Positions 1 to 13,309 of a stretch of DNA of 64,000 bases are shown one piece after another. The DNA comes from Callorhinchus milii. Taxonomy: Eukaryota. The notes under the pieces are model-generated. The model saw only the letters and a list, made by a program, of their open reading frames with translations. It had not been told where the DNA came from and did no database searches. Both the position numbers and the translations under genes were made by a program. The stretch spans positions 23,066,001-23,130,000 of the forward strand of contig NW_024704742.1 of the NCBI RefSeq assembly GCF_018977255.1. The letters run 5' to 3'. Within the stretch, counting starts at the first letter, position 1; every line of letters begins with the position of its first letter.

Positions 1-1173
1 TATTTTTATATTATTTAACATCTTGAGATGAATTGCCCTTGATAAGATTTCAAGGAAGATAAAGCTCTATTACATTTCACCCTTCTGTCTGAGGTTATTT
101 AGAAAATGACTGGACGTCTATTGAAGATTACAAGAACCATTATTCGGGCCATTCCAGCTGTTTTCTAGACAATATTTCCACATCCTCAGCAGTATCATCA
201 TAAAGCCTTACCAGATGCAATATTAAGATAGGGTGGAGATTCTTGCGGTTATAATCACCAGTACGAACTGGTTGGGCAGTGGCCTGCTTCTGGGCTGCAC
301 ATTCTTTGTAAATGTTTGTAACTGCTTTATGTTGGAGTACGTGTACACATTTAGACATGGGAACATTTTTTTCCCCTAAACTCTAGTCGCACTTGAGGCT
401 GGTTCGTATCATATTTTAAGTTAAATAATCCATTCAAAATCCACAATTTCCACACCTTTTAGTATTTCCCAGTCTTGGGCTTCTCAATATTATCTCCATA
501 AAAGACAAGTTCACTTCTGTGTACTTTTTAAAAAATATAACTTAGACCTTAAATCTGTAGAATCATTGTTGCTTTTCCCGATTTCTCTCCACATCCACTG
601 ATAAACTTTTGAGAGGAGGGTGAGCAAATGTGTTCACTACATTTCAAATGTGATTCTGGCCAAGGAGTAAATTAACCGGTTGCAGATTTTCCTCAAATGC
701 ATCCAACATGTATTCCAAAAGTTAATCGGTTATGTGGATCAATCACTCACATTGACACAATCCTTTGAGAGAATGGCCAATAATGACCAACATTTTTCCT
801 TCCTTGCTAATGAACTTCCATTTACTGAACTCATGCAATGTGCAGATTACCATTCATGTGCCATGCCTTAATTTCCCCCTCGGGCCCCAAAACAACCCTG
901 GTAATATAGATATATTTTTAAAAATCTTTTATTTTAAAGGAGATTAAATTTGGAATGATTTGGAACCATCCAAAAGAACAAGTATCTACATCTCTCTTAC
1001 CGATTACTCAATATTCAGACCACCACATATGTAAATGTGTTCAGTGATGGGCTGGGTATATGGGAAATCATGAAATTTACCGAGCGCCCACGTAAACGTC
1101 TCCTGATTTACCACCTTGTGCAATCTAGTTGAGAAGTTCCATGTAAGCCCGAATTTGTAAACACACGGATGTT

Positions 1174-1443
1174 CTATGCTTTTTGGTGCCCCCGTCCCCC
1201 ATGAATGAACCACCCCCCCATTTTACATGACAATCCCGAGCCGTTCTGGGCTGCCAATCCGCAACTGACTGTGTTACATTCAGCTTTTCTTGGGAGAGGT
1301 TGAAACTGTGGCGATGAATATACATCATTCGATATACTGCTTCTATTTTTCATACAGCAAGGCTGACTCTTAACATCGCTTGTTCGGAGAAAAATAGAGC
1401 TAGTTACATGATGACACTGTGTTACCAAGCATTTCGGTGTTTG
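1174..1443 (-). CDS. Candidate terminal exon QTPKCLVTQ...GGRGHQKA*; a second open frame continues to 1004 past a G7 run
   Basis: Acceptor attatttctaaaag|, 89 open codons, CpG-enriched and repeat-free. Confidence 0.35.
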   Translation of the reverse strand, partial: QTPKCLVTQCHHVTSSIFLRTSDVKSQPCCMKNRSSISNDVYSSPQFQPLPRKAECNTVSCGLAAQNGSGLSCKMGGWFIHGGRGHQKA

Positions 1444-1956
1444 CTTTTAGAAATAATCAAGTTTTAATAAGTTTCAATAAAATGGAAGTGCACTAAAACT
1501 GTGTGTTTGTGTTTGAAATGGGGAGTATTGTATTAATGAAGTGATTGTCACAGTCCTATACCCGATCTGTAGGCTGAGCTGCACAGCAAGAGAGCCTGAG
1601 ATAAGGTGATTTCACGCCATTATCAATTATGCCTATGGTTAACAATGTGCTGTGGGGGGTAGAAGGGGAGAAAAAGCGTATAACATACCTTTATAAGAAA
1701 GCAAATTCCCTCAAAAACACAAAATATATTTTCTTACCGTTATAAATAATGCTAGGTCGCTGTTCATAATTTTCACTCAGTTATTTAAACTCTCGGTAAT
1801 AAATGTAAACCATGGAAGTAATGTTATCTGAGCTCCTTGATTAAATTACCATTTCAGACTTTACTGACCATCACATCTATTTAGGTGTTCAACTTTATCG
1901 GTCTTATTAATTACAGTATCTGTTTTAATAAATAACATAAATGACCAACAAAGCCC

Positions 1957-2086
1957 AAAATACTGCAGATGCTGGAAATCTGAAACAAAAACAGAAGTCA
2001 CTGGGAACACTCAGCAGGTCAGGCAGCATCGATGGAGAAAGGAAAGTGAGTCAAAGTTTCGGGTCCATGACCCTTCGTCAGAACTG
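1957..2086 (-). mobile_element. Penelope-like element terminal repeat fragment with minimal type I hammerhead motif (2049-2085)
   Basis: Minus strand reads AGTT-CTGACGA-A-GGGTC-ATG-GACCC-GAAAC-TTT-GACT, followed by the same ~90 nt tail as the other copies. Confidence 0.75.
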
Positions 2087-2967
2087 CCCCGGTTAGCAGC
2101 TTTGGCTAATTGCGATTACTAAAATGCACTGTGGTGATCAGGCTTGCATGAACAATACGCACAAGCCTATGCATGGATGCATGGAACTCTCAGTTTGGTT
2201 TGGATACTCTTAAAGCATGGTGATGGGTTTCTGCATGTGTCAAACACCCAGCTGACCAAAATAAAATGTACAAGGCTTGAGCAACCAAAGCTTTGAATCC
2301 CACTAGACCACCAACCCACCCCCTCCCCCTCTCCCTCCCCAAGGCTGGAAAATGAATGCTTATTTTGAGAACCTTTGGAAAAGGAGTGAAACAAATTTGA
2401 GCAGTTTTGAATTGTTTGTTTTAATATGTCGCACTCTTCCCCAATCCATAGTTGTCTTCTACATTCTGGTTAGACTGGTACCCTGAAGACAAAGTAGTGA
2501 GTAACCTCATTGATGAATCAGGGTCCCATTGGATAGAGGGTTTAGCACTTTCTGCTGTGAATCTTTATGGCTCCTCCAGAAAGAGAGATTTTTCTCACTA
2601 TTCCATCTGTGCCTCTTTCTAGGAGAGTCCATGCTTGAGTGCCATTTTTCATTGGTAACAGTTTAAAAAATAAAAATTAAAATAAGGAAATGAGAGCGAT
2701 CCTTAACATTTGAAAATATGCACAATTGACATGAGTGTACATTTGTCCTTTCAACTCCAAGCATTATAACAGTAAAGCCTGTTTAAATATTTCAGTGGTA
2801 TGCTCTTTGTAGAAGTTTGAATAAAATATCTTTTAGAGGTAGAAACGTGTAATAAAAATCTGGGTTCTGTACCTGTTGTTTAATTTAATAGCTCATTGAC
2901 ACTGGCTGATGCAATCCAGCCAATCAACCAACATAACAGAGTATAATCAGAGCACCAGAAACCTCAC

Positions 2968-3011
2968 CTATATCGGTACTGAAACTGAATTCAACTGTAA
3001 TAGCGCTTTCA
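2968..3011 (-). CDS. Candidate exon (V)KALLQLNSVSVPI* (phase 1 to 0, last codon TAG)
   Basis: Acceptor ctgttatcag|, donor TAG|GTGAGG. The phases fit between the 4358 and 1443 exons, but it ends in a stop. Confidence 0.3.
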
Positions 3012-4357
3012 CTGATAACAGTGATAATTAATTCAGAAATCATGCTAGCACTGACTCCGAAGATTTTATGATCCCATGTCTGGGTTTCTAAGTGGTCATG
3101 GGGCCTAGAATTCTATCATAAATGTAGTGATGTTGTTGAAAGAATTTGGAAAATAAAATAATGCAACACATCTTAAAATTCCAGTGAAATTCCAAAGGCC
3201 TTCTTTTGGGGTGTAAAGCTATAAAATGGACTTCATTCACAGATGTGGTTCATACCACAGTTGTTTGTCTTGTAACTTCGGTGAAGTTAGACTCCTTAAA
3301 GACCAATGCTGATTTATGGTTGTTGCATGTAGGCGTAAACTTGCTACAGTCCATAGAAGGGTCCAACATGACGGACTAGACAACACATGCTCCTTCAAGT
3401 GAAACTTTCATTTTTTCAGCAACTATAAGCTTCAGGACACAGTCTAAGAGACAGATAGTTGGACTATTGCAGATTAACAGTACCGATCTACGCGAGACTA
3501 AAGGTGACAGTGATTGTTGAATGCGATGATGCCAGTTAGCCAGACTTCTGAAGGCAACGGCACATGCCCAGATCAAAACAATGTGCGGGTTGCAGGCTGG
3601 ATCAATCCAGCCTTGGGTAACTCCTTCCTGCACGTAAGTTACTAGGTAATTGTACCATGTAAAACTCCCTATGTATCTTACAATACAATACAAAATTTCA
3701 TTTGTATAGCACCTTTCATGTCGGGAGGGCTTCCCGAGGCACTGGAGTCAGGGATTTTGTCTCGAGCTGGGGGTTTGGATCAGGAGGGATGGACAAAGCC
3801 TGGAAGGTGCGCAGCTCTCCTGAAATACTTGGGCAACACTGAAGCAGCACAAAGCCCCCACCCCACACACCCACTAATTGACAGTAACTCTTTCAATGAT
3901 TTCCTACAGGAATTTCTATTCTCAGGCTTTTCCCAATTGCCGTTGCGAACTGTGGTACGTACGGTCTAAGACCTGAGGTAATTTTTGATCATTTTCAATT
4001 AACAGGAACCATACAAAAAAAAATCCTGTATCTAACCAACTGAATTGCATTTCAATGCTCTCAGGCATGTTAATCATGATCAACCAAACAAATTACTCTC
4101 AAAAGATTTGGTTTAGCATCGTAAACTGAATCATTTTGGAATATTCCGCTGCACAAACAAACCAACCTTCAAATAAAAATTCACCCCAACCAGAAAAGCT
4201 ATGAAGTGAATAAGAGCACTGATTTGAATAAGAGGTTAAATAAGCAACTAATCTGTATTTTGGTCTCAAATCCAACAACTCCTCCCCCTCTCCCCCTTCC
4301 TCCCTTCTGCTCATATGAATCCCTTGATGAAGAATATATCTTGAAACATTGTCTTAC

Positions 4358-4449
4358 CTCTTGCAGAGTTTATCGTCAGAGCTGTTTCTGGGCGCTGGTC
4401 ACTTTTTGCACAGCGTTTTGGCAAAGAAGGAGACTGGCGGGGCGGTACG
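4358..4449 (-). CDS. Internal exon (S)VPPRQSPSLPKRCAKSDQRPETALTINSAR (phase 2 to 1)
   Basis: Acceptor ttattttttaag|, donor GAG|GTAAGA. Only one open frame; CpG-rich relative to flanks. Confidence 0.72.
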
Positions 4450-5392
4450 CTTAAAAAATAACATTAAACATGGTGTGTTTCAATGAATGCAGATGTCACG
4501 TACAAGTCTGACGTCACAAAATAAAATTGAAGTTTGTCCCCTCATTTCTACACTTTCGTATTAAAATTTATACGAAAGGAATACATTTTCAAAATTTATA
4601 ATGGGCTAAATGGTTAAGTGAGATGTCACTTTACCTTTACCGTTTATAGAAAACCACAGAAGTACAATTCTTTGTCTCCCAAATCAAATTAGTTAACTTC
4701 CAAATGAAATGCTGGGATCTAATTTGTATTGGAATTCCTGTTGCTGTGTAGGAACTCTGAAAATCGATCAGGTCAGAGAGGAGTTCGCACAGGCTGGCAT
4801 GAAAATATTCTAGTTATTGGAAGGAGTCCCCATTTCTACAATTATGGAATAATGTAAGTAAACCCTCTTATCACTAGATTTGGCTCTATTCATTGAGATC
4901 AAAATCTTAACCAATTGAAACTTGTCTGGATACAGTCAGACCCCTTAAGTGGGTCTGTTTGGAACACAGTAGTTCCATAGATCCATCTTATATATTCGCC
5001 CACAAAGCATACAGTCACTACACTTTAGAGTGTATCCTGTGAAGTGATTTGAGACGTCTCGAAGACGTGATAAGGCGCTATATCAAATCCAAGGATTGTT
5101 ATTACTATTATTATATTGGAAGGTCAGTATTCTTCTGGCTTCTAGTGCGTGGAGTACAGGCACTGAAGATTTCACTGCATCTCAGCAAGCACTGGAAATC
5201 AGTACATTATGCAGTGATGTCTCAGGCGATGACTGTCGGCTATTCCAAAACACAACCATTATAACATAGGGTCTGCATTGATGGATCCAAACCACGGTCT
5301 CTAACAGTCCCCGCCTATAATTTGTTTGCTTACATCTCATAAGCTCCTACCCTCGATTCTGGAAATAACATAGAAAATGTTTTAATATTTAC

Positions 5393-5468
5393 CTCTGTGC
5401 TCTTTTCTTTTTTGTCGGGTCGGTTTTTGAATTGAAGCCTCTCGTCACCAACACATCCAACACGTTCC
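5393..5468 (-). CDS. Internal exon (G)NVLDVLVTRGFNSKTDPTKKKRAQ (phase 1 to 2)
   Basis: Acceptor ctgtaaatttag|, donor GAG|GTAAAT. Phase-consistent. Confidence 0.7.
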
Positions 5469-7384
5469 CTAAATTTACAGGAGCTGCACAAAAATGCAAA
5501 TTTATTTTTTCAGAACGCTAAAATAAACATCAACGGCTAGCTACACATGAACTGTATTTAGTGCAACAAAATCTAATGTAAACTTGTAAAGTAAAAATAT
5601 AAATTTGTATTGTATATTTTTCACCTGAAGTAATGAGGCAAAGTGAGAGAAGTTGCAACAATGGGGTGTTGGGTGGGGGGGGTCTTGTTTCCAAGACTAA
5701 TAAAAGGATTTGTAACCAGTGAATCCCAATCCTCGGATGTCAATTTCACTGAAGTTGAAATTATTTTTTTTGGGTTGGCCGAGGTCTGACACATGCGGAA
5801 ACCCATTACCATGCTTCAGAGTATCCAAACCAAGCTGAGTGTTTCATGCATCCCACGTACACCTGAAAATTCCAGAGATAGATTATTGGAATGGATTGTG
5901 CACCCCCTCCCTGGAAGGGACACATCCTGCTTACCTAATTCCAGAAAGCATCAGGTGTAGGTTAGCAAAAGCCAAGGATTGAGGACCCCAGAGTGTGTGT
6001 TTAGGTACTGCTGGAAACTGACCAGCTCAAACCATATAAATTGCCATTGATATTGCTGTCTGACATTCCATTCCAAACAACCCATCTCTGGAATTTCCAT
6101 GTGTAGGTGAGATGCATGAAATTCTCGCTGTCTGGCAAGCTTTCCCGCTGCTTGTCCAGCTAGCGCTTTGACTTGCAGGGTTAACTGGAGCTGAGTGGGA
6201 TGACTAAAGTTAAAACTGAAGTGAGAATTCTTCAGTTTCTCAGCATCCTTTTTGGGGGGGCAATTTGTCCACTTTCTGATTTTACATACTGCATTGCCTA
6301 AATCCACCCATCCCTCATGGTGCTTAGGTTAACTATCTTGTTCTGGTGGTTCCACAAAGAAACAAGTTCTTTTGCCTTCTTCCATTCCTGGTGATATTGG
6401 CTCTTATGGGAGTGCAGTTTTCCCGAAGGAATACTAATAGCAACTCTCATCTCAATGAGCATTCTTAAGAGGGGAAATATGCAGTATGAAATGTAAGAAT
6501 TATCACAAGGTTAAATAATCTGGTTGTTTTGTGTCTTTTACAACAGATTTGGGACTGAATATTCTCCCCCTCCCCAACTTGTGGAAGACCAATTCTCTCT
6601 TCACACTGCTGAAAATACAAAAATACCTGACTTTTTCCACTTAGCCTTTCCGCTAAAATCTTTACTTCTTGTTAAATTCAGTCATTTAATTTTAAATGTA
6701 CAGCAGTTACCTTATCCATATTAGGCTGCAACGCAGAATGATTGAGAGGCTCAATAATCCAATCTCATGCTCGTGAGGTTGCTAGGGACACAATTTACCC
6801 GCACTGTGTAAGTAAATTGAGTCCTTGGTAACCACACATGAATGTGTGTATTTTGTCCTGGTAGCACAAAGGTGTTTATGCAGTGCAGGGTTAGGGAAAG
6901 CAATTAATGTAGACAGAGCTAGAGAGACTCAGAGAAAGAAAGAGAAAAGGGCAGAGAGGGAAAGACAGTTGGAGAATCTGCACTGTTTGCTTATCTATGA
7001 TGGGCCGGGTCCCAATTAGAGCGAGTACTCAGCTCTCTAGTGTGAAATTGCAATCTTCGGTTTAAAACAGTGTCCGGTGAAGCCAGGTTAAATTGCTGCT
7101 TCTACAGCCAGGAATACTGTTGGGCACGGATTCTTGCCCTAGACCTTTTATTTTGTCTACATCTTCCCCTTCAAAAACAACATACATCCAGTGCCTTGGG
7201 ATGTCCTCCCAACGTGGAAGGCGCTAAACAAATGTAATGTGTTGTATTGTTCAGGCTCTGCTGTTTCTAAGTGAGCAACAGAGGCCAATGTCTGAGGCAA
7301 CAACCATCAGTCACAGCTGATCCTGCACAGTCTTGCCTTTGCTTCATTTGCTTTGGTTACTTATATAGCAACATAGGAACAGGA

Positions 7385-7714
7385 GTGGAGTCCTGTAGCT
7401 CAGTGGTTAGAGCACTCGCTTTGCAAGTGAGAGACCTGAGATCAATTTCAGGCAGAGGGCGAAACCTTGGGCAAGTTTCCTTACCCCACACAGAGCCTAA
7501 TAATAATCCCTCCAAAACCCAAAACAATAATAAATTGGTCATTTTCAATCTACGACTGTTTGTGGGACATTGCTGTGCGCAATTGGCTGCCGCGTTCGCC
7601 CACAAACCTACAGTCAATTCACTTTACAGTGTGTTCTGTGAAGCGCTTTGGGACGTCCTCCAGACGTGAAAAGCGCTATATCAAATGCAAGGATTATTAT
7701 TATTATTATTATTA
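7385..7714 (+). mobile_element. Full-length tRNA-Ala(TGC)-derived SINE with L2-type 3' end and (ATT)n tail
   Basis: Box A TAGCTCAGTGG, TTTGCAA anticodon-like loop, box B-like segment. Near-identical to 14108-14426 and 42578-42897. Confidence 0.9.
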
Positions 7715-8585
7715 TAACAACTTGCATTTACATAGCTACTTTCCCGTAGGGTAGCATGTTGCAGCACTTGGAAAGATCATAAACATGATAAGTATGAGAT
7801 TCGTAAATTGATTGTTCATGCCATGGTTCCCCACAAATGGTTGAGAGCAGGAGCTCAATGTGGGATATTACATCCAAACCTAGGCTGATACTCTTATGCA
7901 GTGCTGGGGCTCAGTGCCATTCTTCGGATGAGACTTTAAACATGGCACTATTTGAAAAGAGAAGGGAGATTCTCCTGGTGTCCTGGCCAATAATCCCCAG
8001 ATAAAATTGGTCATACATTTCATGACTCTTTGTTGGATATTGTTGCGTGTAAATTGGCTGCCACATTTACCTTCAAAATACACACTACCTACACTTTACA
8101 GTGAATCCTGTGAAGCACTTTGAGATGTCCTCCTGATATGAAAGGCACTATATCAAATACAATGATTATTAACAGTATTAAGCCATATCCTCATTTCGTG
8201 ATCAAAAGTATACATCTTATGGTAACTCATATATATCATCCACCCATGTCTGTATACGTGGACAATGTGCAGATAGGAAGGTAAAATGCTACTACAGCAC
8301 TACTACTAATAATAATCCTTGCATGGATTAGCGCCTTTCACGTCATGAGGACGTCCTGAAGCACTTCACAGGATATACTATAAATTACAGTGTGTTTTGT
8401 AGTATTTTGTAGGTATATGTGGCAGCCAATTTGCACACAGAAATGTCCATAAACATTTAATGCTTAAATGCTTCATTGTGAAAGTCCCCCACTGCCCAGT
8501 CAAACAATACAATTGCATGTTTTCAATACAATAATAGAGATTGCTTCCCCGGACAGAACAGCATGCTGTCACATAAGCCTCCTAC

Positions 8586-8871
8586 CAGTTTTCTTTAAGA
8601 AGGGATTCTGCTTCTGCTGCCTTGATGGCTCCTGCTGCTTATTTGCACAGAGCCCTTTGAGCCCTCGTGCACTGTTGCATCTGTCAGTCATCTGGTAAAA
8701 TTCTTCCAGACACTGTACGTTTGTCAAAGCAGCACGGATTCTTGGTTCCTCCTGTAACTTCCCACTATCTAGTGAGGCAGTAGGTCTCTTCACCCAGCAC
8801 AGTTTGCTTTGCCTCTTGGAATACAGAGGACTGGGAGCTCCTTGGCGTTGAACAAAGGGATTGGTGAGCCT
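8586..8871 (-). CDS. Internal exon RLTNPFVQRQGAPSPLYSKRQ...QQKQNPFLKKT (phase 0 to 1)
   Basis: Acceptor ttcctttgacag|, donor CTG|GTAGGA. 286 nt open, overlapping the supplied ORF 8569..8793. Confidence 0.75.
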
Positions 8872-10019
8872 CTGTCAAAGGAATTGCATTGGGTTAAAGT
8901 TATGTCACAAACCTTTTATTTGTTTGGGGAAGAGAAGAGTATCATATTATCCTGTTTGCTGCAGGCACAGCATCAGCCCCATGACGACACAGTGTGTAAT
9001 ATTATTTGTTAATCGTTGGGTGTAAAGTAAGTCACATCAGTCATTTCATACTGAAATCTGAGTGGCTGTGAGCTGCATATGGTTTTGATTGCAAGGCAGT
9101 ATAATCCAATTCATTACTCCTGTGGTTGTATTGTTATTTCATGTTAAATGAGACTACCAGGGTGGCTGTGCAACCCATAGATTTGAAACAAATAAAGGGT
9201 TTCTTATTGCCTGTTATCGTGTCATTTCAAACAATCAACTGCTGTCAGTTTAACAATTCACATTAACAGTTGTTGACAGTTCCTGCTTGTTCCATGGACT
9301 CCTGTCTGCTCCACCTCCATGATGGAGGAGCCTATAGCATTTTTGCTCCCTCTGTCTAAAACTCCCTCTTGAAATCCCTCCAGCTTGCGTCTTCCCTTTT
9401 TGCTTTCAATGCCTCCCGAATATCTATCTTTTTGATTGTGCATGTGGCCACCTTCCCACTTTCCTGCATAGCTCCCTCCCTGAGCTCCCTCGCCCACAAA
9501 ATACGCAGTCAATTCACTTTACAGTTTATTATGTGAAGCGCTTTGAAATGTATCAAAGACATGATAAGGCGCTATTATTATAAGGCAAGCATTATTATTT
9601 TTTATAGTTTAGCCTCCTGCTCAATCCTTGTAAAAACTTTCCGATGTTCTCCCAACATGAAAATTACTATACAAGTGTAAATTATTATTTAATTTGTTTT
9701 ATTCAACTGGGGGACTGACCCACGTTTAAAAAGATCCAACTCAAACTATTGAGAGCTCAACGTATGCATGGAAATTCCTGCTTGTCTGGTATGGAGTGGG
9801 CACATTTTCCACTGAGGAATGCTCATCTAATCTGGTAGGGTTTACACACAGAGCCAACACTCGGAGGTGGATTCAAGTACTGCTGGAGTTTTACCAGCTC
9901 AACCATTGCACACATTGGTAAGTATCCTGTTGCAGGTCCAGCTAGGACAACCCTAGTAATTAAGGATTTGGCTCGTAGGATGAACAGGAGCCAAGTGGGA
10001 GACTACTAGCTACTTATAG

Positions 10020-10377
10020 AATAATAATAATCCTTGCATTTGATATAGCGCCTTATCACGTCTTCGAGACATCACAAAGCGTTCACAGAATATATTGTAA
10101 AGTCAATTGACTGTATATTTTGCGGGCGAAACATGGCAGTCAATTGCGCACAGCAGTGTCCCACAAACAATCGTGGATTGAGTGACCAATTTATTATTAT
10201 TATTTTTTTGAAGCAATTATTACACTCGGAAACGCAATCCGCCAATCAACTAACATCCGGGTTCCTACTTACTGCAAGGTAAACAAGCGTGTAGAGTGAG
10301 GAAACTTGCCCAACGTTTTGCCCTGTCGGGAATCAAACCCAGGTCTCCCGCTTGCATGGCAAGTGCTCTAACCACTG
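10020..10377 (-). mobile_element. tRNA-derived SINE, same family
   Basis: Reverse-complement match to the family, with (AAT)n tail at the left end. Confidence 0.88.
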
Positions 10378-10509
10378 AGAACCATAGAATTATACAGCAC
10401 AGATGGAGGCCATTCGGCCCATCGTGCCCATGTCGGTTCTTTGAAAGAACTATTGAAATTAATCCTACTCCCCCATGCTCTCCCCTTAGCCTTACAAATT
10501 TATAGAATT

Positions 10510-11060
10510 TCTGATTAGTCTGCTTCTCCCGACTGTTTAATTGGACAGAATAGAAGGAATGAACAGCCATCAAACTTTGGGGATTTGTTTTCGAAACTAA
10601 TAAAGGAAATGGATATTGCAGACAAATATATTTCAAAGTGTAGAAGAGCACTGAACATTGGTAAACTGCAATGTTTTACTTGTCTTTATATTAAAAAAAT
10701 TGCAACTTTTGCTGATGACAAAAAGCAAGACCTGGATTTGCAGACCCAGTGTAAAGCAGATAAATTTGCCAGGACCTCCGAACTGGGGAGTAATCAGAAG
10801 ATATAGTAAAGGTCCTGAAAAAGGACTTGATAGGGTAATTAGGGTAATTATGTGGACTGATGACTAGCAAATTAAGTTCAATGTAGATAAATATAAGGTA
10901 TTGCATATAGGGTGTAAGAATAGGAAACAAATATGCTTCACGTATGGGATTGAACTTATCAAGGGGGAAGCTGAAAGAGTATGTCTCACCATGTCAAAAC
11001 AGTGTGAAGCAACAATAAACAAGACAAACAGGATGCTGGACTATGTTCCAGTATAGAGCA
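10510..11060 (+). mobile_element. Old CR1-type LINE RT fragment
   Basis: KIATFADDKK and the degenerate W..D.QIKFNVDKYKVLHIG motif. Confidence 0.7.
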
Positions 11061-11176
11061 GTAAGTGAATCCGAACTAAATTGGGGCATTTTATGACGTG
11101 GTTACTCTGTATTTCCCCCCATTCTTAGATCCAACCAGGTTAAAATTAAACGTATGCACTACTTTAAGACACTTAC

Positions 11177-11241
11177 ATTTTCTGCCCCTTGAATATTTTG
11201 CCACCTGGCCTCAGGGTCTACACATGTGGATTTTTGTGGAC
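11177..11241 (-). CDS. Internal exon (G)PQKSTCVDPEARWQNIQGAEN (phase 1 to 0)
   Basis: Acceptor cttttattccttttgcag|, donor AAT|GTAAGT. Phases match both neighbours. Confidence 0.78.
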
Positions 11242-11709
11242 CTGCAAAAGGAATAAAGAGAGTGAAAAATAAAATATGAAACATCAATCCTTTATATCTC
11301 AGCCAGTTTGTCAGAGGGTGTCCAGTGACAAGTAGACAGTATTGTGTTTCTTCCTTTGGGCAGGAATGTTTTTGATGTCATTCTCATCCTATTTATGGGG
11401 AAAAAATTCCAATGAGCATTAAGCAGATTGTCAAAGACTATAATGGGAAATGTTTTCCCCCATGCATCAATCTTTCCTACATGCACTCACTTGCACCTCC
11501 TTCATTTTTGCAAGGATACCACAGAACATCTTAAAAGGAAAGATTTTTCAAGATTATATCTCATATTGATTAATCTTATCTCTCTTACAAAGCTCGATTG
11601 GCTGTGTGATTGGGGGAGCAAGCAATCACTGCACTTGAGTAGGCAAAATTAAAATGAACCGTACGTCCCAGTATTTATTGCATCCTATTACATGTATGTA
11701 AGGTCCTGT

Positions 11710-12246
11710 CTTGATTTTTCCAATGGCCTCCTTGCCGGTCTCCCCAGTTCCACCACCTATAAAATCCAACTGATTCAAAACTCCACCACACATATTCTCA
11801 TCTGTATTAAACTCCCCCCACCCCCCACCCCATCACCTCAGACCTTGCTAGGCTCCACTTGATCCCTGTTGCAGAACAAATCGATTTCCAGACTCTCCAG
11901 ACTTACTTATAAATCAATTCACACCCCAGCACCTCCCTATCTCTCCGACCTGCTGGCACGCCAATCCAATACCCACTGCCATCGCTCAGCTGGCTCTGGC
12001 ATTCTGCATGTCCCTCGTCCCCTCCGCTCCAACACTGGCGTCCATGCTTTCAGCCTCTACGCTCCGAAACTCTGAAAATCTACCTCAATCCCTCCACCTT
12101 GCCCCTCCTTGCTTGTTTCCTCTTTGATCGTGCCTTTGATCACCGTCCCTCTGTCCCCAGCTCATGTCAGTCTCCGCCACTGCTAAGCACTCCAAGATAC
12201 TACCCTGTGTGAAGGACGCCGCATAAAAACAAGCTGTTGTTGTTGC
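11710..12246 (+). mobile_element. L2 LINE 3' fragment. Other L2 pieces at about 17945-18150 (-), 37520-37830 (-), 39860-40260 (-), 45060-45246 (+), 51410-51800 (+), 55130-55480 (+) and 58830-59050 (-).
   Basis: LTYKSIHTPAPPYLSDLL...HAFSLYAPKL and a (TGT)n tail. Confidence 0.85.
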
Positions 12247-12870
12247 TGTGCAGGATGTAACAGTGGAGTGTAAAGGTTGCAATGTGCTGAAGGAAGAAAG
12301 ATCAGGTACTGTGAATTCTTAATGCTTCAATTTAAACATCCTCCACATATTGCGCTGCCACATAGTATAGGAAACGGGTGAAGCACAATGTGTGCTAGAA
12401 CCCTTGCCCTAACTCTATGGGTCGTTTGGAGCTAACCCAAGGAAGCAGAGCATACAAGTACCAGGAGCCCAAAACCTCCACCAATTCCTAGCCGGTAAGA
12501 CCATTTTGTCTTGAAATCTAAGATCTGACAGAATTGCAAAAAGATTAAGATGAGTTGTAATTAAGAAATCTGTACAACTGCAGAAAACTAATGTAAGATT
12601 TTTGGGTATAAAGAATTTACAGGCTAAGATGAGTTGAACAATCGGGCCTCTGGTTCCTATGATAAAAAGCAACATCTGCTCCAAAGGATGTGAGTACTAG
12701 TGACGACTCGTCAGTTGAGGCAAGTGAGCCACTGCCTCACCTCGAATTTCGGGAGTGCAGGAGCAAGGCAAGTCAGTTCCAGCATGGCAGCCACGGGAGT
12801 AACGCAGTATTGGATCAGCAGCCAGGCCAGCAGGAGAGAGGCCAAGACTTTGCACGTGTGTGAAGGGCCT

Positions 12871-12884
12871 CTTGCCATGGTAAC
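12871..12884. promoter_or_regulatory. RFX X-box-like site (CTTGCCATGGTAAC)
   Basis: One mismatch to GTTGCCATGGTAAC. Confidence 0.4.
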
Positions 12885-13309
12885 AATATAACATGGTTAG
12901 CCAAAGTCAGATTGCCTCAGCTGTCAAAAAGGTCACCAGCCTCCACTGGTGGATACCCTCTATGGTGCCTGTGATTGGAGGGTACAGTGGTCGATTGGTG
13001 CTACAGGGTGGCAGCATCAACAAAATCAGAACATTCACGTTACTGAGGTATTTTCGCCAGATGTGACTCAGCAGGGGTGCTGTTTCAGATATATATATAG
13101 AGAATACCTAGAGCACAAGTTGTACGTTATATCCTTTCTTTCAAGAGCAAGCACAGACACTACAGGCCGAATAGCCTTCCTCCGTGCGGTAAAATTCTGT
13201 AGTTGTAATCATGGGTATATTTCCTTTCAGTTGAACAATTTGCATACATTTTCTTTTCAAACAAAAAACTAAAGTTCTGCATTTAATAACTTTCAACCAG
13301 TACACTTAC

